Below, piece by piece: positions 21,165 to 32,357 of a DNA stretch of 64,000 nucleotides (the first letter of the stretch is position 1; each line of letters starts with the position of its first letter). The notes beneath the pieces were generated by a model that worked only from the letters and a program-made list of their open reading frames with translations, searched no databases and had not been told where the DNA came from. Source of the stretch: Struthio camelus (lineage: Eukaryota); NCBI RefSeq assembly GCF_040807025.1, contig NC_090973.1:981853-1045852 (forward strand), read 5' to 3'. The translations under genes were made by a program, and so were the position numbers.

Positions 21165-22400
21165 CAGCCCACGCGAGGCGCACGCTAAGCCCACGCGAGG
21201 CGCACGCTAAGCCCACGCGAGGCGCACGCTAAGCCCACGCGAGGCCTGCTGCCGGCTGTGCAGGCGGGTGGTGTCTGTGCGGGGTGCTGACACGTAGCAA
21301 GCGTGTTGGAGGCGCAACGCACTGGGCGGCGTCCCCCCTGCGCGGGGCCGACACGCGTGTGCCACGCGTGTGGCCGACCCCACGGGCTGGCCCACGTCCC
21401 CGCACGGGGCCGACACGCGTGTGCCCGACCCCCCCGGGCCGGCCCGTGTCCCTACGCGGGGCCGACACGCGTGTGCCATGCGTGTGGCCGACCCCATGGG
21501 CTGGCCCACGTCCCCGCGCGGGGCCGACACGCGTGTGCCATGCGTGTGGCCGACCCCACGGGCTGGGCCACGTCCCCCCATGGGGCCGACACACGTGTGC
21601 CATGCGTGTGGCCGACCCCACGGGCTGGCCCACGTCCCCCCATTGGGCCGACACGCGTGTGCCATGCGTGTGGCCGACCCCGTAGGCTGGCCCACGTCCC
21701 CCCATGGGGCTGACACGCGTGTGCCATGCGTGTGGCCGACCCCGTAGGCTGGCCCACGTCCCCCCATGGGGCCGACACGCGTGTGCCATGCGTGTGGCCG
21801 ACCCCGTAGGCTGGGCCACGTCCCCGTGCGGGGCCGACACGCGTGTGCCATGCGTGTGGCCGACCCCGTAGGCTGGGCCACGTCCCCGTGCGGGGCCGAC
21901 ACGCGTGTGCCATGCGTGTGGCCGACCCCGTAGGCTGGCCCACGTCCCCCCATGGGGCCGACACGCGTGTGCCATGCGTGTGGCCGACCCCGTAGGCTGG
22001 GCTACGTCCCCCCATGGGGCCGACACGCGTGTGCCATGCGTGTGGCCGACCCCGTAGGCTGGCCCACGTCCCCCCATGGGGCCGACACGCGTGTGCCATG
22101 CGTGTGGCCGACCCCGTAGGCTGGGCCACGTCCCCGTGCGGGGCCGACACGCGTGTGCCATGCGTGTGGCCGACCCCGTAGGCTGGCCCACGTCCCCCCA
22201 TGGGGCCGACACGCGTGTGCCATGCGTGTGGCCGACCCCGTAGGCTGGCCCACGTCCCCCCATGGGGCCGACACGCGTGTGCCATGCGTGTGGCCGACCC
22301 CGTAGGCTGGGCTACGTCCCCCCATGGGGCCGACACGCGTGTGCCCCGTGCGTGGCTGACCCCCCGTGGCCGACACGCGTGTGTCCCCCCCCCACGCGCG
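21165..22400. repeat. PPP4C intron 6 arrays: 22-bp cccacgcgaggcgcacgctaag x4 (21165-21250) and 62-bp unit gccgacacgcgtgtgccatgcgtgtggccgaccccgtaggctggcccacgtccccccatggg x~17 (21300-22350)
   Basis: The 62-bp unit is homologous to the exon-7 start. Repeat ccacgggctggcccacgtccccgcacggggccgac matches exon ccacgggctggggcgtgtccccgcgcggcgccggc. At peptide level, repeat [13 protein letters not shown] matches exon [13 protein letters not shown]. The unit contains the palindrome ACACGCGTGT. Confidence 0.9.
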
Positions 22401-22404
22401 GCAG

Positions 22405-22594
22405 ACACCACGGGCTGGGGCGTGTCCCCGCGCGGCGCCGGCTACCTCTTCGGCAGCGACGTGGTGGCCCAGTTCAACGCGGCCAACGACATCGACATGA
22501 TCTGCCGGGCCCACCAGCTCGTCATGGAGGGCTACAAGTGGCACTTCGGCGAGACCGTCCTCACCGTCTGGTCCGCCCCCAACTACTGCTACCG
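22405..22594 (+). CDS. PPP4C: PPP4C coding exon 7
   Basis: cag acceptor 22402-22404. Encodes (D)[62 protein letters not shown](R). gtgagg donor 22595. Confidence 0.92.
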
Positions 22595-22599
22595 GTGAG

Positions 22600-25500
22600 G
22601 GGGACGCCCGCGGGGACACGGGGACAAGCGTGGTGCTCTAACACGTCCCCGACGACGGAGAACGTGACCGGGGATGGAGATGGGGGGACGTGACCGAGGA
22701 CGGGATGGGGACGGGGGGGGACATGACCGAGGTTGGGATGGGGATGAGGGGACGTGACCAAGGACGGGATGGGGACATGGGGGGACATGACCGAGGACGG
22801 GATGGGGACATGGGGGGACATGACCGAGGACGGGATGGGGACATGGGGGGACATGACCAAGGACGGGATGGGGACATGGGGAGACTTGAGTGAGGATGGG
22901 GACAGGTGGTGACCGGGGACGGGACGGAGGAGACGTCACCGGGGATGGGGGGAACGTGACCGAGGACGAGGACAGAAGGACGCGACTGGGGGTGGGACGA
23001 GGGGACATGACCGAGGACGGGATGGGGATGAGGGGACGTGACCAAGGACGGGATGGGGACATGGGGGGACATGACCGAGGATGGGATGGGGACATGGGGG
23101 GACATGACCGAGGACGGGATGGGGACGGGGTGACATGACCGAGGACGGGATGGGGACATGGGGAGACTTGAGTGAGGATGGGGGCGGGTGGTGACCGGGG
23201 ACAGGGACGCGGGGATGCGGGTGGTGACCGGGGACGGGACGGAGGGGACGTCACCGGGGATGGGGGGAACGTGACCGAGGACGAGGACAGAAGGACGCGA
23301 CTGGGGGTGGGACGAGGGGACATGACCGAGGACGGGATGGGGATGAGGGGACGTGACCAAGGACGGGATGGGGACATGGGGGGACATGACCGAGGATGGG
23401 ATGGGGACATGGGGGGACATGACCGAGGACGGGATGGGGACGGGGTGACATGACCGAGGACGGGATGGGGACATGGGGAGACTTGAGTGAGGATGGGGGC
23501 GGGTGGTGACCGGGGACAGGGACGCGGGGATGCGGGTGGTGACCGGGGACGGGACGGAGGGGACGTCACCGGGGATGGGGGGAACATGACCGAGGACGAG
23601 GACAGAAGGACACGACTGGGGATGGGACGAGGGAACATGACCGAGGACGGGATGGGGATGAGGGGACATGACCGAGGACGGGATGGGGACATGGGGGGAC
23701 ATGACCGAGGACGGGATGGGGACATGGGGAGACTTGAGTGAGGATGGGGGCGGGTGGTGACCGGGGACAGGGACGCGGGGATGCGGGTGGTGACCGGGGA
23801 CGGGACGGAGGGGACGTCACCGGGGATGGGGGGAACATGACCGAGGACGAGGACAGAAGGACACGACTGGGGGTGGGACGAGGGGACATGACCGAGGACG
23901 GGATGGGGACGAGGGGACGTGACCAAGGACGGGATGGGGACATGGGGGGACATGACCGAGGACGGGATGGGGACATGGGGAGACTTGAGTGAGGATGGGG
24001 GCGGGTGGTGACCGGGGACGGGACGGAGGGGACGTCACCGGGGATGGGGGGAACGTGACCGAGGACGAGGACAGAAGGACGCGACTGGGGATGGGGACAT
24101 GGGGGGACGTGACCGAGGACGGGATGGGGATGAGGGGACATGACCGAGGACGGGATGGGGACATGGGGGGACATGACCGAGGATGGGATGGGGACATGGG
24201 GGGACATGACCAAGGACGGGATGGGGACATGGGGGGACGTGACCGAGGACGGGATGGGGATGAGGGGACATGACCGAGGACGGGATGGGGATGAGGGGAC
24301 GTGACCAAGGACGGGATGGGGACATGGGGGGACATGACCAAGGACGGGATGGGGACATGGGGGGACATGACCGAGGACGGGATGGGGACGGGGTGACATG
24401 ACCGAGGATGGGATGGGGACATGGGGAGACTTGAGTGAGGATGGGGACAGGTGGTGACCGGGGACGGGACGGAGGAGACGTCACCGGGGATGGGGGGAAC
24501 GTGACCGAGGACGAGGACAGAAGGACGCGACTGGGGGTGGGACGAGGGGACATGACCGAGGACGGGAAGGGGATGAGGGGACATGACCAAGGACGGGATG
24601 GGGACATGGGGGGACATGACCGAGGACGGGATGGGGATGAGGGGACATGACCGAGAACGGGATGGGGACGGGGGGGGAGTTGACTGAGGATGGGGGCGGG
24701 TGGTGACCGGGGACGGGACGGAGGAGACGTCACCGGGGATGGGGGGAACGTGACCGAGGACGAGGACAGAAGGACGCGACTGGGGGTGGGACGAGGTGAC
24801 ATGACCGAGGACGGGATGGGGATGAGGGGACGTGACCAAGGACGGGATGGGGACATGGGGGGACGTGACCAAGGACGGGATGGGGACATGGGGAGACTTG
24901 AGTGAGGATGGGGACAGGTGGTGACCGGGGACGGGACGGAGGAGACGTCACCGGGGATGGGGGGAACGTGACCGAGGACGAGGACAGAAGGACGCGACTG
25001 GGGATGGGACGAGGGGACATGACCAAGGACGGGATGGGGACATGGGGGGACATGACCGAGGACGGGATGGGGACGGGGTGACATGACCGAGGACGGGATG
25101 GGGACATGGGGAGACTTGAGTGAGGATGGGGGCGGGTGGTGACCGGGGACAGGGACGCGGGGATGCGGGTGGTGACCGGGGACGGGACGGAGGGGACGTC
25201 ACCGGGGATGGGGGGAACATGACCGAGGACGAGGACAGAAGGACGCGACTGGGGGTGGGACGAGGGGGAACGTGACTAAGGATGGGGACGGGGGGACGTG
25301 ACTGGGGACGGGAGGAGGTGACCGGGGACAGGACGGAGGGGACATGACTGGGGACGGGGAGAGGGGGAGGTGACCAGGGATGGGGACGGAGGACACATGA
25401 CCGGGGATGGGGACAAGGGGGACATGACCAAGGGCGAGGATGAGGGAGCGTGACCGGGGACAGGAGGAGGCGACCAGGGATGGGACAGAGGGGACATGAC

Positions 25501-26010
25501 CGAGGACGGGGACAGCGGGACGCGACTGGGGACAGGAGGACATGGCTAGGGACAGGTCGAGGGGGACATGACCGAGGACGGGGACAGCGGGACGCGACTG
25601 GGGACAGGGACGGAGGAGATGTGACCGAGGACGAGGAGAATGAGGACAAGGGGAACGTGACCGAGGACGGGAACAGGGGGAACGTGACCGGGGACGAGGT
25701 GACATGACCAGGGATGGGGTGAACATGAGCAGGGCCGAGGTGACATGACCGAGGACGGGGGGAACGTGACCGGGTATGGGTGAACATGATCAGGGCCGAG
25801 GTGACGTGACCGAGGACGGGGGGAACGTGACCGGGGATGGGTGAACATGTCCAGGGCCGAGGTGACATGATCAGGGCCGAGGTGACATGACCGAGGACGG
25901 GGGGAACGTGACCAGGGACGAGGTGACATGACCAGGGCCGAGGTGACGTGACCGAGGACGGGGGGAACGTGACCAGGGATGGGTGAACATGATGAGGGAC
26001 GAGGTGACAT
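22600..26010. repeat. PPP4C intron 7 ~31-bp G-rich minisatellite (gacatgaccgaggacgggatggggacatgggggg) with 250-315-bp higher-order units
   Basis: It has about 100 units, and the ORF track shows RDGDMGGHD periodic peptides. It fills the 3.5-kb intron. Confidence 0.95.
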
Positions 26011-26112
26011 GACCGAGGCCGGGCAGTCACGGCCGGTAACCGAGGTGAAGGGACACGCGTGTGGGGGCTCCGAGACGTCCGCAGGCGTCGGGTGACGTCC
26101 CCGTCCCCGCAG

Positions 26113-26242
26113 GTGTGGCAACGTGGCGGCCATCTTGGAGCTGGACGAGCACCTGCAGAAGGAGTTCATCATCTTCGAGGCGGCGCCGCAGGAGACCCGC
26201 GGCATCCCCTCCAAGAAGCCCGTGGCCGACTACTTCCTGTGA
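26113..26242 (+). CDS. PPP4C: PPP4C terminal coding exon (stop TGA 26240-26242)
   Basis: cag acceptor 26110-26112. Encodes (R)[42 protein letters not shown]. The 8 exons sum to 924 nt, giving 307 aa as expected for PPP4C. Confidence 0.92.
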
Positions 26243-26389
26243 GCCCCCCGCCCGCACACGCGTGACCTGGCGGCGCCTCGGCCTGTGCCCTCCCGGGGAC
26301 GCGGCTGAGCCCTCCCGGGGACACGGGGACGCGGCTGGGTTCTCCTGAGGGTACGGGGACGCCCGTGGCCCGTCCCGTGTCCTGTCCCG

Positions 26390-27200
26390 GCGCACGCGTG
26401 GCCCGTCCCGGGGGCCACGCGTCCCGTCCCGTGTCGTCCCGGGGGCCACGTGTGTCCTGTCCCAGGGGCCACGTCATTCCAGGGGACACGCGTGTTGCGT
26501 AGTGTATCATCCTGGGGCAGGCGGGTCCCATCCCGTGTCATTCCCGGGGACACGCGTGTCCCATCCTGTATCGTCCTGGCACACGCATGTCCTGTCCCGG
26601 GGGACACGTGTCCCGTCCCGTGTCGTCCTGCGGGACACACGTGTCATGTGTCGTCCTGGGGCACGTGTGTCTTGTCTCAGGGGACGTGCGTGTCCCGTCC
26701 CGTGTCATTCCGGGGGACACGCGTGTCCCGACCCGGGGGACACGCGTCCCGTCCCGGAGGACACGCGTGTCGCGTCGTGTGTCATCCTGGGGCACGTGTG
26801 TCCCATCGCGGGGGACATGTGTGTCCCATCTTGTGTCATTCCGGGGGACACGCGGCGTCCCAGGGGACATGCACGTCCTGTCCCAGGCAGGTCCTGTCCT
26901 GTGTCGTCCTAGGGGACACGCGTGTCCCATCCCGCGTCCCTGGGGTCAAGGGTTTCCCTTTCCCTGTGTCCCCTTGGGGCGCCCGTGACCCCTGGGGACG
27001 CCTGTGACCCCCACCCGTGTCCCCTCCCAGATCCCCGGCCCCTGGGGACCCCTGTGACCCCCCCCCAGGGACACGCGTGTCCCCTCCCCTGGCCCCTGGG
27101 GACACCTGTGACCCCCCAGGGACATGCGTGTCCCCTCCTATGAGCCCTGGGGACCCCTTTGACCCCCAGGGACACGCGTGTCCCCTCCCATGACGCCAGG
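26390..27200. repeat. Array of the 16-bp perfect palindrome GGGACACGCGTGTCCC (>=6 exact, ~10 variant copies) in the PPP4C 3' region
   Basis: Exact copies are at ~26546, 26712, 26905, 27068 and 27168. Variants have CACGTG E-box or ACGCGT cores, with 30-60-bp spacing. It would form hairpins if transcribed as 3'UTR. Confidence 0.85.
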
Positions 27201-27356
27201 GGACACCCGTGAGCCCCCCCTTCCCCCCCCGTGTGCGTTTTGGGGTGAAACCGGGGGTTTTGGGGTTATATATTTTTTTTTCTGGACGTTCTTTCTGCTC
27301 CTTTTAGATAAAAAAAAGAGAAAAAAAAGAGAAAAAAGGTAAAAATGCAAAATTGT

Positions 27357-27362
27357 AATAAA
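27357..27362 (+). promoter_or_regulatory. PPP4C: Candidate PPP4C polyadenylation signal (AATAAA) in an A-rich tract
   Basis: This is the first AATAAA downstream of the PPP4C stop (~1.1 kb), inside an unusual A-rich block at 27296-27400 (ataaaaaaaagagaaaaaaaagagaaaaaagg...aattgtaataaaaacagg). The intervening 3' region is the palindromic array at 26390-27200. Confidence 0.35.
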
Positions 27363-27419
27363 AACAGGAAAAAAAGCAAAAAAAAAAAAGGAGTTGGTGA
27401 TCCCATCCCCCCCCCGCGG

Positions 27420-27615
27420 TGTTTGGGTGGCCGTGACCCCGCCCCCAGCCCTTCAGGCCCCGCCCCTGGCCCTTCAGGCCCCGCCCCTTTCCCCAAGCCC
27501 CGCCCCTGGGGCCTGCTCCCCCCCCCCTTAGGCCTGTCCTCCCCCTCGGGCCCCGCCCCCAGCTCCTTGGCCCCGCCCCGTGCTTCCCCCATTGGTGGGC
27601 GGCGGGAACCAATGG
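27420..27615. promoter_or_regulatory. Seven Sp1 GC boxes (CCCCGCCCC) followed by an inverted CCAAT pair (ATTGG 27591-27595, CCAAT 27609-27613)
   Basis: This is a classic TATA-less promoter composition immediately downstream of the putative PPP4C 3' end. The target transcript is unknown. Confidence 0.4.
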
Positions 27616-27699
27616 GAAGGCGAGGGGGCTGGTGGTGGCTGTGGCCCCGCCCACCGCCGTGGCCCTCGAGGGGCGGGGGGGGGCTGTAGAGGGGCTGGG

Positions 27700-28625
27700 G
27701 AGGGGGCGCCTATAGGGGGCGCCCAGGGGCTCTAGGGGGTTGGAGGAGGCGTGTGGGGGAGGGGCTATAGGGGATCTATAGGGGTTCCGGGGGGGGGGAT
27801 GTATGGGGGGTCCCGGGGGTCACGGGGGGGGGAAACGGGGTGTGTAGGGGCTCTACGGGGGCTATAGGGAGATATAGGGGGCTATATAGGAAGTTATGGG
27901 GGGGCATAGGGGCCATAGATGGGTAAACGGAGGAAAAAAGTGTGCTTTATGGCCCTATAGGAGGCATAGAAGATATAGGAGAGGCTATATAGGAGCTATA
28001 TAGCGTGGCCGTGGAGACTTGGGGCTCGTAAGAACTGTGTAGGGTCTATAAGAGATTATGGAAAGTCTATAGAAACTGCTGGGGGTTACGGGGCCTATAG
28101 AGGGTGGTAGAAGCCTATAGGGGGTCTGTAGGAGAGCAGACTGTATAGCGGGGGTAGGAGAGCGCTAGGGGGTTAGAGCCGATCTGTAGGGGCTGATGGA
28201 GGGGGGGCTGTAAAGGGATATATAGGGGCTGTAGGGTGGCCTGCAGGGCATGTAGGGGGGTTACGGGAACGCATATAGCATTGTCAGGAGCCTATAGGGA
28301 AGCGATTGAGGTCCTATAGGAGTTATTGAGCTCCTCTAGGAGTTATTGGGAGCCTATAGGGGGGTTATGGAATGGCGGGGGGGGGCTGCAGGGGGTTATA
28401 GAGCCCCTATGGGCGTTATAGGGGGTCCGTAGGGGGTCGCTATGGGGGTCCATAGGGGGTTGTATAGAGCCCCAGGACCACACGGGGGCAGCAGGAGGGA
28501 TTGGGGGTTAATAGGGGCCACAGGATGTATGGTTGCTAGGGCTGGTTGCTAGGGCACAGTTGCTCTGGTGGCTGGTTGCTAGGGGGCTGGTTGCTAGGGG
28601 CCGTTGCTAGGGGCTGTTGCTAAGG
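27700..28625. repeat. Degenerate ctataggg(g)/ctatatagga minisatellite, ending in ggttgctagggg x6 (28530-28620)
   Basis: It has about 40 copies of a TATAGG-containing unit. It is relatively AT-rich for this window. Confidence 0.8.
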
Positions 28626-28648
28626 CGCCGCGTGCTAGCCGGGCGGTC

Positions 28649-28692
28649 CCTTTAAGGGCACCCCCCCTCCCGCCCTCACCCAAGATGGCGGC
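28649..28692 (+). promoter_or_regulatory. TATA-like TTTAAGG (28651-28657) 30 bp upstream of a YY1/initiator-like cAAGATGGCGGCGGC (28682-28692), with ATTGG boxes at ~28795 and ~28840
   Basis: This spacing is typical of a TSS. The ATG at 28685 opens a 100-codon low-complexity ORF (MAAAASAAPPPALRRGG...) that contains the CCAAT boxes, so I treat it as regulatory rather than coding. Confidence 0.3.
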
Positions 28693-28899
28693 GGCGGCTT
28701 CGGCGGCCCCGCCTCCTGCCCTTCGCCGCGGCGGCGCCCGCCTCCCCCTGCCCTTCCTCCGCCCCCCGCCCCCCCCCCAGCAAGCCGCGCGCCCATTGGC
28801 CCGCGCCGGCGGCGGCCGGCAGCAAGGCGCGCGCCCATTGGCGGGGCCGCAGCGGGAGGTGGGAGGCGGGGGCGGGGGGCCAGTTGTGGGCCTGGGGGG

Positions 28900-30050
28900 C
28901 GGTTGAGGGGGCTGGGGGCGGCCATGGGGGTAGTTGTGGGGCGGTGGGGGCAAATGTGAGGCAGTGGGGGCAATTTGGGGGCAGTTGTGGGGCTGGGGGG
29001 GCAGTTGAGGGGGCAGTTGAGGGGGCTGGGGGATGATTGGGGGCAGTTGGAGCAGTTGTGGGGCAGTGGGGGCAGTTGAGGGGGCAGTTGAGGGGGCAGT
29101 TGTGGGGCTGGGGGATGATTGGGGCAGTTGGGGCAGTGGGGGCAGTTGAGGGGGCAGTTGTGGGGCTGGGGGATGGTTGGGGCAGTTGTGGGGCAGTGGG
29201 GGCAGTTGAGGGGGCATTTGTGGGGCTGGGGGATGATTGGGGGCAGTTGTGGGGCAGTGGGGGCAGTTGAGGGGGCATTTGTGGGGCTGGGGGATGATTG
29301 GGGGCAGTTGTGGGGCAGTGGGGGCAGTTGAGGGGGCAGTTGTGGGGCTGGGGGATAATTAGGGGGAAGTTGAGGCAGTTGTGGGGCAGTGGAGGCAGTT
29401 GAGGGGGCAGTTGTGCTGGGGGATGATTAGGGGGCAGTTGCAGTTGTGGGGCTGGGGGGCAGTTGAGGGGACAGTTGTGGGGCTGGGGGATGATTGGGAG
29501 CAGTTGGGGCAGTTGTGGGGCTGGGGAGGCAGTTGAGGGGGCAGTTGGGCTGGAGAATGACTAAGGGGCCGTTGTGGGGCTGGGGGGCAGTTGAGGGGGT
29601 AGTTGTGGGGCTGAGGGATGATTGGAGGAATTGGGGCAGTTGTGGGGCTGGGGGGCAGTTGGGGTGGGGGGCAGAAGTGGGGGCAGCGATGGGGCTGGGG
29701 CGGTAGTTGGGAGGCAGGTGCGGGGCCGTTGTGGGGCTGGGGAGCAGGTGTGGGGCAGTTGGGCTGGGGGATGATTGGGGGCAGTTGTGGGGCTGGGGGG
29801 CAGTTGGTGTGGAGGGGCAGAGGTGGGGGCAGCGGTGGGCCTGGGGCGGCAGTTGGGGGGCAGGTATGGGGCAGTAGGAGCAATTGGGGGCAGTTAAAGG
29901 GGGCAGATGTGGGGGCAGTTGGGAGTGGGGGCAGTTGGGGGCGGGGGTGGGAGAGGGGAGCTGGGGGCAGTTGTTGGGGGGCAGTTGGGCTGCAGGTACA
30001 TTGGGGGGGTATTTTGGGGTCGGGGGGCTGTAGGAGTCTAGGAGGGCCCA
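28900..30050. repeat. G-rich minisatellite ggggcagttgagggggcagttgtggggctgggggatgattgg (~60-bp unit)
   Basis: It belongs to the same ggggcagtt(g)gggg family as 13270-15650. Confidence 0.9.
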
Positions 30051-30065
30051 TTAGGGGCTTGGGAG

Positions 30066-31200
30066 GTGGTGTCAGCTGGAGCCTCCCATGAGCCTCTTGG
30101 TCTTACAAGGCTGACGTCAACCAGAGCCTCCCATGAGCCTCTGGGGCTTGTGTCAGCCAGAGCCTCCCATGAGCCTCTAGGGCTGACAGGGCTGATGTCA
30201 ACTGGAACCTCCCATGAGCCTCTCGGGTTGATGTCAACCAGAGCTTCCCACCAGCCTCTGGGGCCCGTGTCAAGCGGAGCCTCCCATGAGTCCCTGGGGC
30301 TGATGGGGCTGACATCAACCAGAGCCTGCCATGAGCGTCCGGGGCTAGTGTCAGCCAGAGCTTCCCATGAGTCTCTGGGGCTGGTGTCAACCAGAGCCTC
30401 CCATGAGCCTCTCGGGTTGATGTCAACCAGAGCCTCCCACCAGCCTCTGGGGCCCGTGTCAAGCGGAGCCTCCCATGAGTCCCTGGGGCTGATGGGGCTG
30501 ACATCAACCAGAGCCTGCCATGAGCGTCCGGGGCTAGTGTCAGCCAGAGCTTCCCATGAGTCTCTGGGGCTGGTGTCAACCAGAGCCTCCCATGAGCCTC
30601 TGGGGCTGATGTCAACCAGACCCTCCCGTGAGCCTCTGGGGCTGGTGTCAATCGGAGCCTCCCTTGAACCTCTGGGGCTGGTGTCAATCGGAGCCTCCCA
30701 TGGGCCTCTGGGGTCAGAGTCAACCAGAGCCTCCTATGAGCCTCTGGGGCTAGTGTCAACCGGAGCCTCCCATGAACCTCTGGGGCTGGTGTCAACCAGA
30801 GCCTCCCATGAGCCTCTGGGGCTGGTGTCAACCGGAACCTCCCATGAGCCTCTGGGGTCAGAGTCTCCCAAAACCTCCCGTGAGCCTCTGGGGCTGGTGG
30901 GGCTGACATCAACCTGTGCCTCCCATGAGCCTCTGGGGCTGGTGTCAACCGGAACCTCCCATGAGCCTCTGGGGCTGGTGTCAACTGGAACCTCCCATGA
31001 GCCTCTGGGGTCAGAGTCTCCCAAAACCCCCATGAGCCTCTGGGGCTGGTGGGGCTGACATCAACCTGTGCCTCCCATGAGCCTCTGGGGCTAGTGTCAA
31101 CTGGAGCCTCCCATGAGCCTCCAGGGCTGGTGTCAACTGGAGCCTCCCATGAGCCTCTGAGGCTGGTGTCAACCGGAGCTTCCCATGAGCCTCTGGGGTC
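30066..31200. repeat. 36/45-bp tandem repeat gtgtcaaccagagcctcccatgagcctctggggctg
   Basis: The track ORF 30066..31058 shows (ASHEPLGLVSTR)n periodicity, with about 28 units. Confidence 0.95.
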
Positions 31201-31210
31201 AGCCGGGGTC

Positions 31211-31228
31211 CCAGTAAAGCTTTACTGG
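31211..31228. promoter_or_regulatory. Perfect 18-bp palindrome CCAGTAAAGCTTTACTGG containing the AGTAAA variant polyA hexamer on both strands
   Basis: It lies at the junction between the 36/45-bp tandem array and the downstream CpG island. It could be a 3'-end signal or terminator-like hairpin for a transcript from the 27.6-28.7 kb promoters. Confidence 0.25.
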
Positions 31229-31289
31229 ATGACTTGCTGCCTGAGCCGTGATGTCACTGGGGGGGCGATGAGGTCACTGGCGGGGCTGT

Positions 31290-32357
31290 GATGACACGGG
31301 TTCCTGCGGCACCTATGGGAGCCATGGTGGGGGAGGGAGGGGCTTTAGGACCCGGGGCGGGGAGGCCGTTGGGGGCGGGACTACAACTCCCAGCGCGCTC
31401 CGCGCCCGGGCCTCCACTTCCCATGAGGGCTCTCCGCTCGGGAAGTCTCGCGAGACTACCGCGGCCCTTCCCCGCAGCTCTCGCGAGACCTGGGCGAGGG
31501 GGCGGGGCCCGGCGCCACGCGCCTCCCGCCGCCATCTTCCTTCCCTCCCCCTCTCCCCTCCCCACGCCGTTCCCGCGCGGGAGCGCCCGCTCCCGGCATA
31601 CCCCGCGGCGCCCCCCCCGGCTCCTCTCTGCTCTCGCGAGACTTCCCCCCTCCTCCCCCAACACCACCCCGCAAACCTCGCGAGGCTTCGCGCTCACGCC
31701 GCCACCACACCCCCCCGCGCGTTTTCCTCCATCTTCTCGCGAGACTTCCCCCCCTTCGCCGCGCCTCCATTTCCCATCCCCCTCCGCGCCGCACTCTCGC
31801 GAGACTTCCGCCCCCCCACAGGCTACGAGGTCGCCACCCCCTCTCCTCTCGCGAGACTTCCTCTCCCCCCTCCCCTCGGGTGCTCCCCCCCCCCCCGCTT
31901 TCTTTTCTCGCGAGAGCCGCCGGGCCGCGCCGGGCCGCCGCCATTTTGTTGCTCGCCCTGGCGCCGCGGACTCCATTTCCCGTGAGCCCCTCTCGGCGGC
32001 GGGGCCTGGCGCGGGGGGGGGGGCGGCGGCGGCGGGAGCGGGAGGAGGAGGAGGAGGCGGCGGCGGCCGCTCGGAGGCGGCGGGAGGAAGGGGAAGGGGA
32101 GGAAGTGGTGGTGGTGGTGGTGGTGGGCGGCGGGGGAGTGAAGCGAGGTAGCGGCGTCCGCCATTTTGCCGCGGCGGTAGTTGGTGGTGGCGGGGGAGGG
32201 GGGGCGGGCGCGGATGGCGGCGGATCGGCCCGGGCTGAGGCGGCGGCGGCGGCGGCGGTAGGCGGGAGCGGGCAGGCGCCTCCCCTCTCCCCCGCCTCCC
32301 CCCCCCCCCCGTCTCCCGCCTTCGCCGCCCCCCCCCTCCCCTCCCGCCCAGGTAAGA
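31290..32357 (+). promoter_or_regulatory. SRCAP: CpG-island promoter, candidate SRCAP promoter and non-coding exon 1
   Basis: It carries a ZNF143/THAP11-like ACTACAACTCCCAGC (31380-31394). There are seven perfect TCTCGCGAGA copies starting at 31446, 31479, 31632, 31735, 31795, 31847 and 31906, plus a variant at 31676. YY1-like GCCGCCATCTT (31528-31538), GCCGCCATTTTG (31937-31948) and CCGCCATTTTG (32158-32168) are present. A consensus 5' splice site CAG|GTAAGA (GT at 32352-32353) overlaps AAGATGGCGGCG, and a 3.4-kb repeat-filled intron then leads to the acceptor at 35751. Confidence 0.5.

Noticed and set aside
22595-26112. PPP4C intron 7 minisatellite (gacatgaccgaggacgggatgggg) as another splice-junction-derived array
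   Set aside because: Similarity to the exon-7 donor or exon-8 acceptor flanks was too weak by eye to claim.
28685-28906. ORF MAAAASAAPPPALRRGGARLPLPFLRPPPPPQQAARPLARAGGG... starting at an AAGATGGCGGC context
   Set aside because: It is low-complexity Ala/Pro/Arg and contains two CCAAT (ATTGG) boxes. It has no recognisable homology and no downstream exon structure. It is more consistent with a YY1/initiator promoter element than with a CDS.
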